Positions 43,211 to 44,343 of a DNA stretch of 44,343 nucleotides are shown in pieces; position 1 is the first letter of the stretch; every line of letters begins with the position of its first letter. The stretch covers positions 1 to 44,343 of the IMG/VR virus record IMGVR_UViG_3300024265_000101; one strand, written 5' to 3'. This stretch comes from a virus (lineage: Duplodnaviria; Caudoviricetes). The notes below the pieces were generated by a model, which did not search any database, had not been told where the DNA came from, and saw only the letters and a program-made list of their open reading frames with translations. The position numbers and the translations under genes were made by a program.

Positions 43211-44293
43211 TCAACTCAAATATCCATATTCTTGCAGTTTCTTGAGCCTCTCTCCCGAGGCCTTACCAATATCCGTCCGGTATTGTTTATCCTCCAGGGG
43301 AATCCCACGCACGGTGCGGAGAACTCTCGCTTGTACCTCGTCGATGCTCCTTCCTACTGCTGTCGCGCTGCATACTACCCCCGTGAGCCCAGCGATACGA
43401 AACAACTTACCTTCGCAATAAGCATCTTGGAAGTGCAGATGTTTGAGGGCTTGATCTGAAAGCTCACCAATGCCCATACCGCGGATTTCTCCATTAGGCT
43501 GTGCATGAGGCCAGGGGGGCACAGAAATCCTAGCTGAAAGCATGTAATCAAAAGTAGTGATGTGCAGAGACTTTTTAAGTCCAATAGCGGTTTCGAATAT
43601 AGCATCTCCCAACGGCTCCTGCAGGCCCTCTATGAGAGCAAAAGTGCTGTCATATTGGAAGCCTAACAATAGACTATCTACTGAAGTACCTTTCAACCAT
43701 ACTCGGCATCGGACATTCACCGGTCCGCGCCAAGATATTTTCTTGAGGAATTTCTCAAGTGGGAACAGTACATTCTCAAAAAGTGGATAATCTTTCTTTG
43801 CCGCCCAGGTGAGACAACCCATCGAAGGAACTATGGGACCTACATCGCCATTCATGAAGTGATCTTCATTCATGGATACAAGAAAGGGGCGTACCCAAGA
43901 ACGACCATTATACCATGCTTGGACGATGCAAGGAACGGCGTCTTGTGGAATTTCTTCCCCGGGAACTTTCATTGAGAGGAGCGAGAGTATTCTTGATTGT
44001 CTACTTGGAGATAAAGCCATATCTGCTAGACGATTGCAAGCAAACACCGGACGTCCATTTCCACGTAGAACTTTGGCATAATTCCCGAATCCCGGGCTAT
44101 CACAAACTACCAGGTCGGAATCCATGAGATTAGGCCGCCACGTTTGAACGCGGTTCACAAAGCCTGTTCCAAGCACGTCTGCTCCAGAACCGCCGTGGCC
44201 TCGAACGAACACGTGTACGGAGTGGCCCTCAGAAGCCATCCGCTGTGCGAGGGAGATTCCATCTCCTTGGGAACTTAAGAACAGAATTTTCAC
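43211..44293 (-). CDS. Degenerate PurD (GARS)-like ATP-grasp protein
   Basis: Pre-ATP-grasp N-terminus KILFLS..G..LA, MNGDVGPIVPSMG (cf. GD.GPNTGGMG), PPWP, and C-terminal YRTDIG. Confidence 0.7.
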   Translation of the reverse strand: MKILFLSSQGDGISLAQRMASEGHSVHVFVRGHGGSGADVLGTGFVNRVQTWRPNLMDSDLVVCDSPGFGNYAKVLRGNGRPVFACNRLADMALSPSRQSRILSLLSMKVPGEEIPQDAVPCIVQAWYNGRSWVRPFLVSMNEDHFMNGDVGPIVPSMGCLTWAAKKDYPLFENVLFPLEKFLKKISWRGPVNVRCRVWLKGTSVDSLLLGFQYDSTFALIEGLQEPLGDAIFETAIGLKKSLHITTFDYMLSARISVPPWPHAQPNGEIRGMGIGELSDQALKHLHFQDAYCEGKLFRIAGLTGVVCSATAVGRSIDEVQARVLRTVRGIPLEDKQYRTDIGKASGERLKKLQEYGYLS

Positions 44294-44340
44294 TATATTC
44301 TACTGAAGCGTATGTATAAGTTCTGCTATTGAAGAACTAT
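44215..44340. repeat. Terminal overlap copy 2
   Basis: Identical to 1-126. Confidence 0.95.
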
Positions 44341-44343
44341 TAT

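Noticed and set aside
43211-44293. Functional purD auxiliary gene or purZ (Z-genome) pathway
   Set aside because: Catalytic motifs are degenerate. PurZ is a PurA homolog, and no PurA-like, DatZ or MazZ genes are visible.
44215-44343. 126-bp direct repeat at the contig ends as a biological terminal repeat
   Set aside because: It cuts through the terL/PurD-like gene junction, and its length is typical of an assembler k-mer overlap. It only shows circularity.

Overview
The window is a complete, circularly permuted tailed-phage genome of about 44,214 bp; positions 1-126 recur exactly at 44215-44340. It has a podovirus-like layout and no recognisable integrase, CI-type repressor or ParA, so it is probably lytic. 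Sigma70-type promoters, an rrn-type boxA and a lipoprotein suggest a diderm host. There are two divergent arms. The + arm (10940-29502) holds early and replication genes: SprT, three ribbon-helix-helix proteins, a Cas4/RecB-like nuclease, a Sak4-like ATPase, an SSB-like protein, tRNA-Glu, a ParB-HTH-DNA methyltransferase fusion, a UDG-PolA split in two around a Dda/RecD-like helicase, and a DUF3987-type helicase. The - arm runs from 10098 down to 86, across the junction, then from 44293 down to 29499. It carries the endolysin, a TerS candidate, lysis genes, an appendage cassette, TerL, a degenerate PurD-like protein, portal, scaffold, capsid, adaptor, nozzle and three ejection proteins. The most unusual signals are: (i) a daisy-chained appendage cassette in which small two-module adaptor peptides alternate with paralogous large proteins; (ii) six dispersed copies of the palindrome TTGACCAA-N3-TTGGTCAA alongside a ParB clamp fused to a methyltransferase; (iii) a PolA split inside its proofreading domain; (iv) an apparently catalytically dead PurD in the head module; (v) a T35 tract flanked by inverted repeats. 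All calls come from reading motifs by eye; no database searches were run.
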